A DNA stretch of 64,000 nucleotides from Amoebidium appalachense (Eukaryota > Protista > Ichthyosporea). Both the position numbers and the translations under genes were made by a program. The stretch covers positions 17,579,615-17,643,614 of the forward strand of contig CAVNZM010000002.1 of NCBI GenBank assembly GCA_963693365.1, given 5' to 3'. The notes under the pieces are model-generated. The model ran no database searches and was not told the DNA's origin. It was given only the letters and a program-made list of their open reading frames with translations. Below are positions 40,764 to 56,081 of this stretch, in pieces (within the stretch, counting starts at the first letter, position 1; every line of letters starts with the position of its first letter).

Positions 40764-43700
40764 GCTCAACGGGTTGCGATTGAGAAAACCGCGCACGCTT
40801 TGCGCTGGCCTGAGTGGCAGCGCAAAGTTTGGCATGTGGTATTTTGGTACACACGCTAGAAGCTCGTGCGTACAGTCGAAAGGTCAAATATATTTCCGCC
40901 CAAAGGGTTTTTGAGAGTAAGAGGTTGGCATACAGGCGAGTCCAAGTCTGTGCCGCCTAGCGTGTGCACAAATTTAAAAACAAACCAGCAAAGCAAGAAT
41001 TCAGATTGTCAACCCTCCGGCCCATGCAAGGGGCTCCAACTTATACAACTGAGTTGGACGCGTCAGAGTTGTGCTGGTATAAAAACGCAACGTGGGTCAG
41101 ACTTCAGAAAGAAGTTGTGGGCGCGAGCTGCGCTTATGATTGGATGTGCCTGCAGCAGCACACTACCATGAAGGAAGGCTTAGAGCACAGGTTTAGTTCC
41201 ACATACAGTCTGTACGGTATACTCATACCATACCCTTTCATAACACAAGGCCGATGTTTTTCCCGTTTAAATCATAGCCTAACGCGAAAAGTTCACAAGG
41301 CTTTTGCTACGCCATGGGAGCTGGCCGTGGGCCACAGGTGCGGCTTATTCATTGGTTGCTTTTGTTTTTGCTTCTTCGTAGCCGATTCACCCACTACTCC
41401 CATTTATATACGACCCCCTATGCTCACCTAGATCTGTCTCGAAAATGCATATACTCAATAATATGTAGACCTTGTTAGGTATGTTTTGTATAAAAGTAGA
41501 ACATTAAAATATTATATAATTATTTAGGATGTTATTTTGATTTTTTTTTCGCTTTTTACGACAAGGCTTGTTAGTACATGTTCTTGGCTACACATTGCTC
41601 CACGAAGGGTTTTGGGAACACACCTCAACAGGTTTTGGAGGATGCGCGAGCCGGCCGGCAACCAAGTTGACTGGCTCTCACACCGGTCAAATGAGCATCC
41701 ACATAAACTAACGTAAATTTTAGATTGGATTACTAACAATAGGCTAATCAGCTAAAATTCCTAAATAGTGTATAGATGTTTGATTGAGCGACTATCATTA
41801 CTATGAGGTCTAAACACAAAAACTGGGCAGTGGCTCCGTTTGTTTTGGCGCCCCTCTGCCCGCCGGTCCACCCGGACCACCCAGCCACGTCACCACCTCC
41901 CTTTTCCCCAACGCCCGGCCCTCCTCCCCACACGTACACCTGGTAAACCTACGCTTTTTCCGCTGGCCGGTTTGCTTGCACGCACGTCTAGTTTACCACG
42001 GAACGGTTGAAGTTCGTCAAGCCTGCCAGAACAACAGTAGCCACCAGTTCCTTCCGATTCGGCACAAATTTGGTCCCGCCCCCCCCCCCTTCCCCCCCCC
42101 CCCCCCCCCCCCCCCAACCCCCTCTCCCCCTCGCCTCCAGGTGCACTCCCCCCCCCCCCCCCCCCCCCCAAAACACACACACAGACACACACACGCACAC
42201 ACACATACACACATACATGCCCCCCCCCCCCCCCCCCCCCCGGCACGTACTGACACGTACTGACGGTGCCTGGGCTGCTATGAACTTGCCGTTCGCCTCA
42301 CACCCTCTATTTTTCCTTACACTCTCGCGATCGCGTGCATGCTTTCTCTCGCGGCGGCTCTACGGTCCCGAGAGTCCAGTGTTCGCTGTGTGTAACGAAA
42401 AATACGAGTCACCTCAGTAGGTGACAACCCCCCCCCCCCCCCCCCCCCCCTCCTTTCTAAGTCAAGTTTTCTCGGCGTCTCACAGATCCAGGCTAGTATG
42501 CCCATCACACTCTCCTCCAGTTCTTCAGAGCCTGCCTGGTCTTCCAACCCCAGGCACGCCTGCCAATGTGGGTGTCCGGGGAAGATGGAGACAAGGAAGG
42601 GAGGGAGGGATGGGGGGGCCTAGGATGGGTGGTTGGGGATGGGCAAGTTTGGGAAGTTTGGAGGGTGAGGGGGTTGGTGGGTTGGGGGGAGAGAGAGAGG
42701 GGCGGGGGGGGGGGGGGGGGGGAGAGAGAGAGAGAGAGAGAGCAAGAGAGAGAGGGGGTTGGGAGGGAGGGAAAGAGGAGGAAGGGAGAAAGAGAGAGAG
42801 AGACTCTCTGAGAGACAGAGAGAACGTGTGCGTGTGTGTGTGTGTGTTTGTGTGTGTGTGGTTAATAACGGGGGGCAACCCAAGGGGATACAAAAGAGAG
42901 AAGAAAAGAAAAAAAGGAGAGAAAGAGATTCTGATGAAAGTAAAGCTGCGACAAGCACACACATACATACACGAAGCTCGCATACATAGTAGTGCAGCTA
43001 CACACAAACATGTGGGCCAAACAAGCAAAATACATCCACAAGCAAAACACATACATACAACTTGGCACACACACGGACACAAACACAAAACACCCTCACA
43101 CATATATGACAAGCACGCACACACACACACACGCACACACGCACACACGCACACACACACACACGCACACATACACACCGACACACACGCAGAGAGAACA
43201 CAAATATACACCCGTGTACACATAAAAGAATGCAAAAACGTGTGGGTCGTCACGCACGCACACCTACACCCACTAACATATATGCCCAGCCCACCGTTGT
43301 GGGTGGTATATGCACCCCGCCACGCAGGGCACTTGAACACAATCCACAACCACAAATAGTGTGGTGTGTGTTAACCAGTTAAGCCGCACAAAAGCACCTA
43401 TGCGCAAGCTTGCAAGCTTAGCCTGAGTACTCACCCACACCGTGCACGAACACGCCCTTTATTTGTCGTCACAGGTGCAGCTCTACTACATCAATTGGCA
43501 CAAACACCTCTCTTTCCAGCCTTCAGCCTTAGGCCAAACAAAAGGTCATGACCACCTCAGGCCCCGGGGTTAGAAACAAAAACTCGTTACAACACGACCA
43601 TATCCATACATACATCACTACAGAGCGCGTACTTGTTTTTATTCATGGAAATACACTACATATGACTGCCAGGCAGAGATAAACATGTATGATTTGGCAT

Positions 43701-43791
43701 CGATGGCAATCCGGCCAGCTTGAAACTTGCAGGAGCCCCCAGGAACGGGGAGGGGAGGGGGAGGGGGGAGGTGTGTGTTGGGGTGGGGGGT

Positions 43792-43834
<43 letters not shown>

Positions 43835-45432
43835 AGTGAGTGGCAGACTTGTGCTCAGGATCAAAAAGTCCCGGGAAGCGTTTATAAAATCACCCGTTGT
43901 GAGAGCAAGGTAAGATAAGGAGGGAGGCCTTGTTTGAGAAATGATGCTGGATGTGGCCAAAGGGAAGCTTTACAACCCTTTACTTCCCGGTGTTTGAAAA
44001 GTGGCGACAACCCGACACACCAGGGCTAGTTTGATTGGTACGTGGCCATGACGAAGTCCATAGCAATACACCAAGCCAACCCAAACCTGGGGCCTTCTTG
44101 CTTGCTCTGAATTCAACCCTGAGAGGCTCAAAACTTTGCTTGTAGACGGCAGCTTTTTCTGTCGTTTTCTTTTATTTGTAAATATGGCACAAAAAAGGAA
44201 TCGATAGAAGGAATGAAACAAACTCGCGACTGTTGCGCCAGCGGCCAGGCGGGCCCACATCTGCCTGAGAGTCTGCCAATATTATGTCTTTCATGACCAC
44301 TTTTGATTGGCTTAGAATCCCTGCTCCGTAACGACAGCTTTACGTGGTGCGCGTCCAACCAATTAGCGTGCGCCAGCATACCGCACCCTGCGGCACCGTG
44401 CTTGAGTCGGCTGTCGGCCAGACGAGAGCGGAACGGGTTTTTGGAGGAACGATTTTTCCACGTCCATGTTCGAAGTGTTTTTTCTCCATGTTAGTTAGGA
44501 TGATATTGGGTTTGCATATCAATGATGTCATCTAGATGATATGCATAAGAAACGGTGGCTAGAGAGTGGTACCCTAGACTCGTAGACGGTAACGGTTGGC
44601 AGTGCACTTGAAAGCTCTTTGGGTGCCTTAACGGATGGTTGGATCCGGACCGTGCTTGAATCCCAGAAGGGTACCAGAAGCTCTAGGGCATACATTCACA
44701 CAAGCAATTTTTTATGTTTCAGTTTATATATTGAAATTCTACGTTATAAATTTGATGCCTGCTGCATCTGCCCAGGAAGTACTACCGGGTTGTTTGACTA
44801 CCAAGGGCAAGACTTTTCTCTTTCATATTGGAGTTGCTGTAGGATCTCGCTACAACAGAACAAGATCTTCAGATGTTAGAGATATCAAATCCACACACCG
44901 AGTAAACCAACTGATCTAATTTCAGTTGTAAGATCCATGCGTACACAATAGGCCGTAACTCCATCAGGAAGACTTCAACATGGTAAGCCTGCAATTCCAT
45001 GCTGCTTTTTCGCCACATGGAGCGGTACTGTGTTGCTAGATAGGCGTCTTGTATATAAATCGACGCTCACACTGATCAAGCCACGCATACACACAAACAG
45101 TTTTTTTCGCTGTCTATCTTACCACCCGACAATTAGGAGGGCATGGTCACATCTGGGCTACAAGGTGCTCATGTTGCTTCTTCTTGCACAGGTCTTCTTG
45201 CAATACTGTTTCGTTAAGGCCTGTATTGTTAGGCCGGTCCCATACACGTAGAAAACGAAAGCATGCACGCCTGTTCTATCACTCTTTCCATTATGTATAA
45301 TGCGTGTGCATCAACTGGGATCATCGTGCTATGCAATATTAAGAACACACACACCGCGCGTGCGCGCGCACGAATGCACGCACGCACACGCACACGCACA
45401 CGCACTCGCACAAACACGCGCACACGCACGCG

Positions 45433-45472
<40 letters not shown>

Positions 45473-46202
45473 TAGAATGTTGATGTCTATGTGTGCACAT
45501 GATCACTGCACACACAGCTGTGTGTTTCAACGTGCATGCGTGCCTCTACGCACTTTTGCATGCATGTTGCAACCACACCAGCTTACACATTCATGCACAT
45601 AACTGGCACACGCATGTAAAACACACAGGGATCCTCCTGCACAGACCAGTAAACACCTGCACCACACACAGACGTACACGAATATCATGACACTGGCACA
45701 CAGTACACACCACCAGGCACTACTACACACGGACACGGGCAATGTCAACAGACATATCCTTGCACACATAACACTCCCCAATGCATCTACATTATCAGAG
45801 CTTCATGTGTACAGAAAGATGCACAAATAAGCACACACAAAGAGCCTTTCCTTCATTTCACGTTGCCCCAACTGACTAACATGTGCCCCGTGGAGCACCA
45901 GGAGACAACAGCGAGAGAGCCAGTGCATGCTCGCCTGCAGCCTGACAGCCCATCAAGGTCACGGGTAAGAACGGGTTGGGACGGGGGATGCATGTGCCGT
46001 TCAGCGGGGGGGGGGGGAGGGCTGGGGGCTGGGGCCGGGGGGGGGGGGGGGGGGGGGGGGGGGAGGGGGGGCGATTGGAGTGCGTGTGTGCTCTGTTGGG
46101 AACGAGGGGCAAGGTGTTGAGAAGATAGGCAGATGGCCTCGTGCAATACCTTTGTTTGTTGTGGCTTTTGTTTTGTTTTTTTTGTTTTTTTGTTTATTTT
46201 TT

Positions 46203-46238
<36 letters not shown>

Positions 46239-46530
46239 GAGGGGGGGGAGGGGGGAGGGGGGAGCAGATATTTCTTGGCTTAATGAGGAGGTGTAAAGGC
46301 TTAGGCAAAGCACCCAGGTTACCGTTTTCCTTTACCGGCAATATATGTGTGACCGGAAGATGCATCTTGAGGGATATGGTACATTCAATTATAAATATTT
46401 CATTTTCCCACTTTTTTCAGGTCTTTTGCTTTTTTGGCCGGTCAATTTGTGTTGGATATAATGTATATACACATACATGTGCATGTGCAAGTGTGTGTGT
46501 TTGTGTGCGCGTGCGTGCGTGCGTCGTTGG

Positions 46531-46584
<54 letters not shown>

Positions 46585-46598
46585 TGAGGGGCGGGGGA

Positions 46599-46633
<35 letters not shown>

Positions 46634-46732
46634 AAAAGCATAAAATGGCAAATACTGAAAGAACACCAGTCTCTCTTAGTTCCTTGTGTACGCTGACTTT
46701 GGCAACCGGGAATACTTTGGCGGAAGGCAGTC

Positions 46733-46769
<37 letters not shown>

Positions 46770-47920
46770 CTGGGGGGGGGGGGGGGGGGGGGGGGGGGAA
46801 GGCGAGGAGGGGGTCAAAGGGTTAGTGACAGAAATCTGGTATGTGGCTGAGGCCTGGTTGGGATTTAACCAGGCAGTACCTGATCCTATCTTGGCCCATT
46901 TATAGATCCTAAAAGATCTTGAGCTGTCAACCAATCATATTTGCTAGACACCTTAGCAAGCTACCCCTCCTATACCCACTGCAAACCTCCTCCCTGTTGT
47001 CCATTCGACAAGGAATCCCGTTCTGTCTGGCCCCGTACTCCCCTTCTTCCTTATGCTCCCTTTTTTTCTAACCCCCCCCCCCTTCCCCCCCCTTTTTTTA
47101 AATTTTTTTTTTCCAAATTCGCCTGAAGGTTTGCTCATATTTCCGTTGCACAGACTTTGGTGGCTGAATTTCCCAGTCTTGTGACTGCGATATTTTTACC
47201 TCCACCACCGCCTGAGGAACCAGAGGCAAGATTTCCTGTGTGTCCATGTGTGTGGGTGTGCCCGTATAATATATATAATGGTTGGACCAGTGCATGTGTG
47301 CGTGCACACACACCTGCCATGCGTGCACATGCACTAGTGACTTCCTACATGTGCATGCTGAATGTCCTCATTGGGGCTGGAACCTTGTGTGGCTTAAGGC
47401 AGATGAGTGAGTAGTTGGCGTGTGTTTTGGGGGGGGGGCGGGGGGGGGGGGGGGGGGGGGGGGTGTAAGGGATGGAGGGGAAGGAGGGGGTGATGGGGTA
47501 GGCTTGTGTGTATGCATGAGGAGAGTTCATGTGTTCAAGGCGATGGGGAGAAAGGAGGGGGGAAAGTAGTTGTGGCAAGCGGTGATCTCAAGCGGGCGAG
47601 CACATCCCAGCACATGTAAGATCCAGGGACACGCGATTCATACGTCCATATGTGGCTGCCATGCACACATACCAGCACAGGCATGCTGTGCACATCTGCA
47701 CACCCATACATCATGCACCGACACACACAGGCACAGCAACACAGAGGCACAACTGTCCTGTTCTCCGTGGCTTCCTCGCCCCTTCCCCTCCCCCCCCCCC
47801 CCCCCCCCCTCCCCCCCACACACACACACACGCGCGTGCACACACACAGAGAGACACACGCATACATCCCCTCCCCCTCCTGCGCCCCCTCCCAGCCCAG
47901 TCACCTCCCTACTGCGTGCA

Positions 47921-47965
<45 letters not shown>

Positions 47966-47967
47966 TA

Positions 47968-48001
<34 letters not shown>

Positions 48002-48077
48002 CCTTTCTCTCTGTTCCACCCCTTTCCAGGTGTAACACCAGTGTTCCCCTGCTCAGCCCTAACATAATACCCCTCAG

Positions 48078-49224
48078 GATGAAGACACTCAACCACCAGC
48101 AGACACGCCAACAAAACCACCAGAGGTATGTACCATTGGCCCCCCCCCCCCCTTTCCCTCCCCCCTCCCCCTTCCCCCCCTTTTTCCCCTGCACACACTC
48201 TCGCACCCACTCAACCATGCACCATGCAATGTGTTAAAGGAATATTGGAAGTTGAACCCTACCATATATCCCTGGCTCCCCCAACTTTAGCTCCCAGAGC
48301 CACCATACCGGAGCCAAGCTGCTTTAGCGGGACCAATTGGAATGCCATCTCTACCCCGTCAACACGTGTGCTAACGTGCATGCACGTGCGTTGCTGATAC
48401 TGATACTAATGGGACACCATACAGCCACCAAACAAGGAGCCACAACAGATCATCCCGCTGTCACCGCTGGCATGGAAACGATCCCAAACAGGTGCATTAT
48501 TCGTTTTCCCAGTTACCCAAGTGGATATTCTCTGTTTGTATGGTTCGTGTGGGTGTGTGCAGGTGTGTGTGCGGTGCGTGTGCGTGTGTGTGTGCGCGCG
48601 CGCTTTGTGTGCTTGCAAGGTATCTGGGATGTGAATATGCTGTGCATCTAAGTCCTCCGTGCTAGTCCAATGAGTTTACCACCATGGGCCTGCAATCATG
48701 CACGCTCTTCTGCACTTGACTGCGCTGCCTATGTCATGCCCCTCCTTCTCCACCCCCCCCCCCCCCCCCCCCCAACAAGCCCCTCTCCCCTCCCCCCACA
48801 CCCCACACATGCACACCCATTTCCCCTTATCCTCCACTCCTTCCCTCCCGTCCGTTCGAACTTTTCTTCTTGAACATTTTCTCTGCCATTGTCCCCTTAC
48901 CCCTCTTCCTTGTTCCCCACAGCCCCAGATCCTGACCTGGGTGATGGTTCCGGCGGCATAAGAGTAAGCCCCCCTCTCCCCTCCCCCCCCATCTCCCCCA
49001 ATCATTCCCTAGCAGCAAAAGGCTTAGCTCACCAGAATAGGAGGAGGGAGAGCTACAACGAAAGTGTGATATCCTGGCATGGGCATATGTTTGTTTGTTG
49101 AGGAAGCACTGTGGCTCGAGACTCCTGCCTGATGGCTGTCAAGGCAAACGAATGCACGAGGAGACGACGTCCACCACCCAGTCCTCTCACAGACACACAC
49201 GAACACATACACGCGCGCCCGCAT

Positions 49225-49312
<88 letters not shown>

Positions 49313-49408
49313 ACACGCACACACACACACCACACCCACACTCACACTCACACGTTCACACACACCCACACCACACGCCCACACCACACCCACACTCACA
49401 CTCACACG

Positions 49409-49507
<99 letters not shown>

Positions 49508-50268
49508 CCACGGACCATGTCACGAATAAGCATGCGCAACAGAACAGTCCACACGGAAACAATGAAAAGCATCCGATTAGCCCAAGGAGACAATAGGTAA
49601 CCCCCTCCCCCCCAACCCCCTCCCCCCTTGCACCCCCTGCCTCTGACATACACAAACATACACACACTCTTCTTTCATGTCGCCCCCCTCTCCCCCGCCC
49701 CCTTCGACCCCTAACCCTTCTCCCCCCCGTCCACCCTCACCAACGCCCCACTATAGCTATATCTTAATCCATGTCCTCTCCATCATCTGCTTCAGCCCCT
49801 ACCCCCAGTAATCATGGCTGTTTCAATGTTTTTTACACCTTTTGCATACAGTGTGCAATTGCTTCCTTTTCTGCTCTACACCACCACCTACCCATGTTCG
49901 CCATGTGACTGGCTTTGTTGCAGACTAGGGGTATAAACCTGTTTGTTTCCACTGTTGCTCGTGCCCTGATGTTGGCTCGGCCACCATGCAATGGTTCGAG
50001 TGCATTATGCACGTGAGAGCACACACACATAGACACAACGTGAGCAGCATGTGCCTTTGGATCCAACAATACACATGTGCAACCACACAACACTCCATGC
50101 AAAGACCACTCCAAAGTCACTTGATGCCCTGCTCGCTTTCTTCTCACTCGCATACATTCACTCACGCACGTGCACCCGTGCACGCACATTCCACCACATC
50201 CACAGTGGCAAACACACACAAACCACAATCATGCACTGACATACACATGCACGTGCACACATCGTAAA

Positions 50269-50348
<80 letters not shown>

Positions 50349-52034
50349 GACGAAGACACGGCATCACTTCCATCACCCACCCAGGGCAACCAATCACATT
50401 CGTTCTCCGAGGAGCCACCAACCTCCCCACCTCCACCACCACCATCTGACGACCACCACGTGAGTGCCTCCCCCCCCCCCCTTCCCCTCCTCCCCCACCC
50501 CACCCCACCCCACCCCACCCCCTCTCCCAAAAATCCTTCAAACCTGCTCCCCATTCCCCCCCCCCTGCACATGGCTGATGTTGCATACTTGAATGTTTGC
50601 CTTTGCATGTGTCCTGCACCATGCTTCTCGTCGTGTATGCGTACTTCGTACCGTGTTCCGCATTCAAACCCCCCCCCCCCCCCCCCATCCCCTTACCCCC
50701 CCTCGTTTCCCCTATAGATATATTCGTCCTGCCTGGATTAGGCAGACAGGCTGTGGAGACACACGTCACTCCTATGGGATAAATGACTCAGCATAAACCT
50801 ACGGCCCATTGGTATTGCCTGGAACCTAGCCCTGACCCCACCCCGCAGCAGGAAGTGTTTGGCACGGAGTACCGGCGCAGCACGTGCACGGATGTGCTGG
50901 CGCAGGGCAGTGTGGCACACATGGCCCCCAGGCCCACGTGCTCATCCACACCCACCTCCCCAGAGATGGGCTGCAGGGGCAGGGCATTCACATTGGAGAC
51001 AGGAAGGAGGTCCTCCTCCGCAGATGGTATGCAGTAACCCCCCCTCCCACACACACACACACACACACACACACAAAGGATGGGCTCTACTTACTATGCA
51101 TATTCTCTGCGTGTGCACTTGTTCACTTGTTTTTACAGAGCTACATTGTGTTGTTTGCCATGATCGAATGCGCAGTTAGTCACCGTCCTCCTCCCCCCCC
51201 CCTCCCCCCCCCCCCCTCTCCCCCTCCCCCTCCCCCCGCGGAAATGCATGCCCACCCAACCGCGACAACGGCCAACAAAGCAGTCCCCTATTCACAATTG
51301 CTAGTCCTGTCACAAAAATTGCCATGCCGATTACCTTTTCTTATATCACACTCCAAGCTCCCCCACCATTTTCATCCAACGATTGCCAAGCCGCCTCCCG
51401 CTTTCTAACCAACCGCTTAATCTCCGATCCCTGACCCGATTTCCACGATTACCACAGATCTCAGTGACGGTTCAGCGCAATCCTCGACCACATCCATGCA
51501 CAAGGAGCCACTGGGCAGTGGGGGTAAACCCCGGATAGGCTACTGCATCCCCCATAGGTTCCAGAGTGTCAAGCTGATGCAGAAGAGAACATGCAGGGTC
51601 TGTGCTAACAAGGTTGGGTTCCAGTCTAAGGCTAGGAAGTGCAAAGGTACGTGGTGGTGGTGCGTGCAAGGGTTGATTTAGGTTGGGTGTGTTTATGTGT
51701 GTGTGGGGAGGAGGGGGGGGGGGGGGGGGGGGGGTTCAACCTTGCCTGCTCCCCAAGTTCTCCCCCCCCCCCCCCCCCCCCCCTCCCAAGCCCCGAGGGT
51801 CGCCAATCCTGTCTCCAACTATCCATCCCGTCATCCCTACAAATGGTCCAAAGAGCTAGCTGCTGAGTGCATCGGGGGGGAGGGGGGGAGGGGGGGGGGG
51901 GGGGGGGATATGGAACGAATGTGTTTGTCTGGGTAGTGTTTGAGTGTGAGAAGAGTTGGTGTGCACATCTGGAGACAGGATAGATTGTGGCTGGGGGCTT
52001 TGGATGGGACGAGCAGTGTGTGTGTGTACGGGCG

Positions 52035-52078
<44 letters not shown>

Positions 52079-53739
52079 TGGGGGGGGGGGAGGATGAAGG
52101 TGGTATTGATGAATGGTTTGCAGACTGTGGATACGTGTGCCATCTGGCTTGTGAGCCAAACGTGCCCCCCACATGCGGACTGTCTCAGGAGTTCGAGGAG
52201 ATGGGTGGGTGCACCCCATGCAGTATCCCTTATAGTTCTTGTGCTACAGTTCACTTGAAGAATACAAAGCATGAAGGACCAACTCTCGGATTCAATATTC
52301 CTACATTTTTTTTAAAAAAAGATCTTTTTTTGATGTGTGCGTGTCAAAACTTCAGGACTAAAAGTCTATCTTTGGCTCATAGGTGCGATCGCGCGCTAAA
52401 TATTGGTCCGTAGATTTTTTCTTGAGATTGCTGTTACGGTCGTTGCTAGATTTGCACATTGCTGATGGTAGTGTGTCATGCACCTGCAATCATTTATGCT
52501 GAAGGTATGCAGATGTGCATGCAAAAAGACCATTAGACCATACTCACCCTCCCACCCTCACACCCACTTCTTCCCCCCCCCCCCCCTCCCCCCCCCTCCC
52601 CGTCCCCCCCTCCCCTCCCCCCTCCCCCCTCCCCTCCACACACACACACACACACACACACGAACACCACACACACACACGTCACGTACGCACACCCGCA
52701 CACACACACACACACACACACACACTTCACTAGCACGCAAGGAAGTGTCACCCACGACCAGCAGCACTAGTGACCCACTAGTAGACGACATCTTCCAGCA
52801 GCCCCTTGCGCTGCTGGCGCAGAAGGAGAATCAGCTGGTGCCCTACTTCATCAGTGCTATTATTAGACAGGTCGATGCCGAGGGCCTGGACCAGGAGGTA
52901 GGCCTAGTGGCTACTGGAACATGCGTGTGCATGTTATACGGGTGTCGTATTATCTGTTTCTACATGTGTACAAGGAGTAGAAGAGTGAGCCCATACTCAA
53001 CAACACACCTCCCCCCTCCTGCAACCCATCACCGTCCATACTGTGGATGCATCCTCCCATGTGTGTTTTGCCGCCCCTGCATTGTGTTTTCCGCCAAATT
53101 TTGAATCCTATCTTGTAACACAATCTCACCGCAGGGGATCTACCGAATCTCGGGGACGCTGAGTGAGATCGAGGCGCTCAAGCGCATGTTTGCATACGGC
53201 AAGCCCAAGCTCAGCAGGGCCAATGTGCACGTGTGTGCGGGGTAAATGATTACCCCTCGTGCCCCTCATGCGTTCACCTTATTTGCACTCGCTTCACCAG
53301 CTTTTCAAGCCCAAAGCTACCCCCCCCCCCTCCTCCTCCCCCCCCCCCCCCCCTCCCCCGCCACTGTGGCCCCCTTCCCCCCGGCTACAGCTGTCTCACA
53401 TATACAATCTCCCTCACTTCCCATGCTCCCCTGAACTCCAGTTCTATATCGAACCACCCTTGTCCCTCCCCTTTCCCCCCCCCCCACACACACACACTTA
53501 CACAACCACCACCACCACCACCACACGCACACTCGCACATTCGCGCGCGCACACATAACACACACTCAAACGCATACTGAGTAGGCCACGGTGCCTACTG
53601 TCTGATTTTCCACGCACGGTTGTTGGGTCTAGCCCCGGGTGATTCGAGATGACTTAGGCCCACGCTAGAATTGGCTCCATTTATTTTTCATACCACCTGT
53701 GTGTTCTTCTTCTCAAATTTGCAGCAAACATCGATTCCG

Positions 53740-53773
<34 letters not shown>

Positions 53774-53810
53774 ACCACCACCACCACCACCACCACTACA
53801 CACTGTGGCA

Positions 53811-53882
<72 letters not shown>

Positions 53883-54588
53883 GGCTCCCCAACCGATCGA
53901 GTTCAAGCCTTGGTCCTTGTACGCAATTTTGATTCTCCGCGGCGTTTCCAAGTTATGGAATGCCTGTATCCATGTTTAGCATGTGCGCCCCCTCTAACCC
54001 AACACCACCCATCACAGCCTATTAAAGAAGTACCTGCGGGACATCCCCGAGCCTCTGCTGACCTACGACCTGCATGATGCCTTCATGGACATCACAGGTG
54101 TGATGCAACTCCTGTTTTTAGTGCCCCATTTTGAGTGATTCAAGTGTCCGACGCACTTTATCTACCCACACTTGCATAGCCTAAGCTGAGGTGACCCAGG
54201 CATACCCAGCTCACCACACAGAGGATTATCACTGTAAGTTATGCAAATCAAACACATAGTAATTTGTAGTACACCCCAAACACTGTGACAGAGAGCAAGA
54301 GGTACTCATCACGGTTGCACCCCTTTTTCCAGTGCTGGTGCTAGGCGGGAGTAGCTGTAGAGCAGTGCATTGTGAGTGTTCAGCATATCAGTGTGGCACT
54401 GACGCCAGGGGCAGGAGAGAAGGAGCGTGAGCAGCGCATACCCCGGCTGCTGGCTGTCATTGGCCAGCTGCCTGCCTGCCACCAGGCAGTGCTGGTGGTG
54501 CTGCTGGCACACCTGAGGAGGGTCGTAGCCCAGGCCCAAGTAAACAAGGTGCGTGTGATACACACATGCAAACACTACTGCCACTCAT

Positions 54589-54657
<69 letters not shown>

Positions 54658-54679
54658 CAAACACACACGCGCGCGCACA

Positions 54680-54719
<40 letters not shown>

Positions 54720-54940
54720 CACGCACACTGTGGCACCCAAGCAGTTTGTTAGTCATAGCCATCCACTCACACTCAGCAAACCCTGTCCCCCCCCCTCCCC
54801 CCCCCCCCTCCTACTCCTCCTCTTGTTGCCACTCACCGCCACTTTCACTGATATTACTCAGTGAAAATTCGCCTCATCAATCCAATGCCTGGTGAAGCCA
54901 CAAAGCGCCAACACCGCATCTCGAAAGCCCCCCTCCTCCC

Positions 54941-54984
<44 letters not shown>

Positions 54985-55215
54985 CCAAGGGCTGCTTGCA
55001 TCTCCGGCCCCAGACCTAAAGTACCCCACCCTCCCTTAACGCAGATGACGGCGCGCAATTTGGCGGTGATATTTGGGCCGACACTACTGCGAGGGCGCAG
55101 CGAGACCGAGACCATGGCACACAGCGGCAGCTACTGCACGCTGGTGGAAGATCTGATCTCAATCGACCCTAATCTGCTGCCCGACCACAACCACCATCCC
55201 CACAGCACACCATGA
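48078..55215 (+). CDS. C1 domain plus RhoGAP protein (RACGAP1/chimaerin-type C1-GAP cassette); N-terminus probably extends upstream to ~45.7-46.8 kb
   Basis: Confident exons: 51458-51646 and 52124-52204 (C1: [49 protein letters not shown]); 52734-52897, 53135-53241 (GIYRISG, catalytic Arg present), 54018-54097 ([15 protein letters not shown]), 54409-54548 and 55045-55215 ([17 protein letters not shown]). Less certain phase-consistent low-complexity exons: 48078-48125, 48291-48365, 48425-48491, 48923-48963, 49508-49596, 50348-50459, 50849-51026. Confidence 0.85.
50566..50668 (-). mobile_element. Dispersed short element (inverted copy of the element at 15929-16030), flanked by C-runs on both sides
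   Basis: Near-identical to the reverse complement of 15929-16030, 34 kb away in an intron of another gene. Confidence 0.75.
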
Positions 55216-56081
55216 TCGGCCCATATGCCCGTGCACCTGCTGTGCCTTAAGGCCACTGGCTCTTTTTTATCGCAACCCTAGGGGTCTTCTTTTTAGCCAC
55301 TACCGTTAAATTTAAGTATAGTTTAAATGTGTTGAATAGCAACCACGTGACAATGTGGCATATGTTAACCTTCAAGAAAAGGCGAGTGCTTGAATGAAAG
55401 CAAGGGATCAAAGAAGTGGGTGTTGGGGTTTGTTTGTTTTTTTTGTTTTTTTTTTTTTTTTTTTTTTTTTTGGGGGGGGGGGGGGGGAGGGGGGGAGAGG
55501 GGGAAGGGAAAAAGGTTCCCGGGGGAGAGGACAAGCCTTAGGGGGGAAGGGGGGGGGGGGGGGGGGGGGGGGTTCGCATATATCAGGTCACATATGAAAT
55601 CTTTTACTAAAGCCTTTCCTATTTTGGTTGATGCAAGTGTGTCTGTACAGATGCAAGTCAGGGTAAAACTTTGTGACAAAATACGCAGGTGTGGTCCACA
55701 CGGTGCACTACCGAAATGTGCAGCCTTCTTGTCAATGAGATGATGACCAACTCTACCCACATCATGTCGGTGCCACAGCACACGTGTATGGGCTGTGATG
55801 GATCATTGCACTTTAGTGGCTGTGTGGCCCCTTCTGTACGTCCTTGTGGTGCGTGCACACAATCACACAACGATCATGTGATTGCAGCCTGACTACCGTG
55901 CAAGTAAATTTACACGGGCCACGATGTACTACGGCAGTATTCTCAGTGACACCCTGGCACGCACCCGCACACACACACGTACACTGTACACACGTACACG
56001 TGTCACGCACACACACACACACACGTGCACACACACACGCACACACACGCACGCACGCACGCACACGTTTTTACATCCACA

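Noticed and set aside
43850-43950. In-frame TGA in ...CSHNG*FYKRF... as selenocysteine
   Set aside because: No CxxU/UxxC motif, no recognisable selenoprotein family and no SECIS identified.
44600-44920. Degenerate Harbinger-like transposase fragment (LTDGWIRTVLES...)
   Set aside because: Resemblance is too short and interrupted, with no DDE motifs or TIRs.
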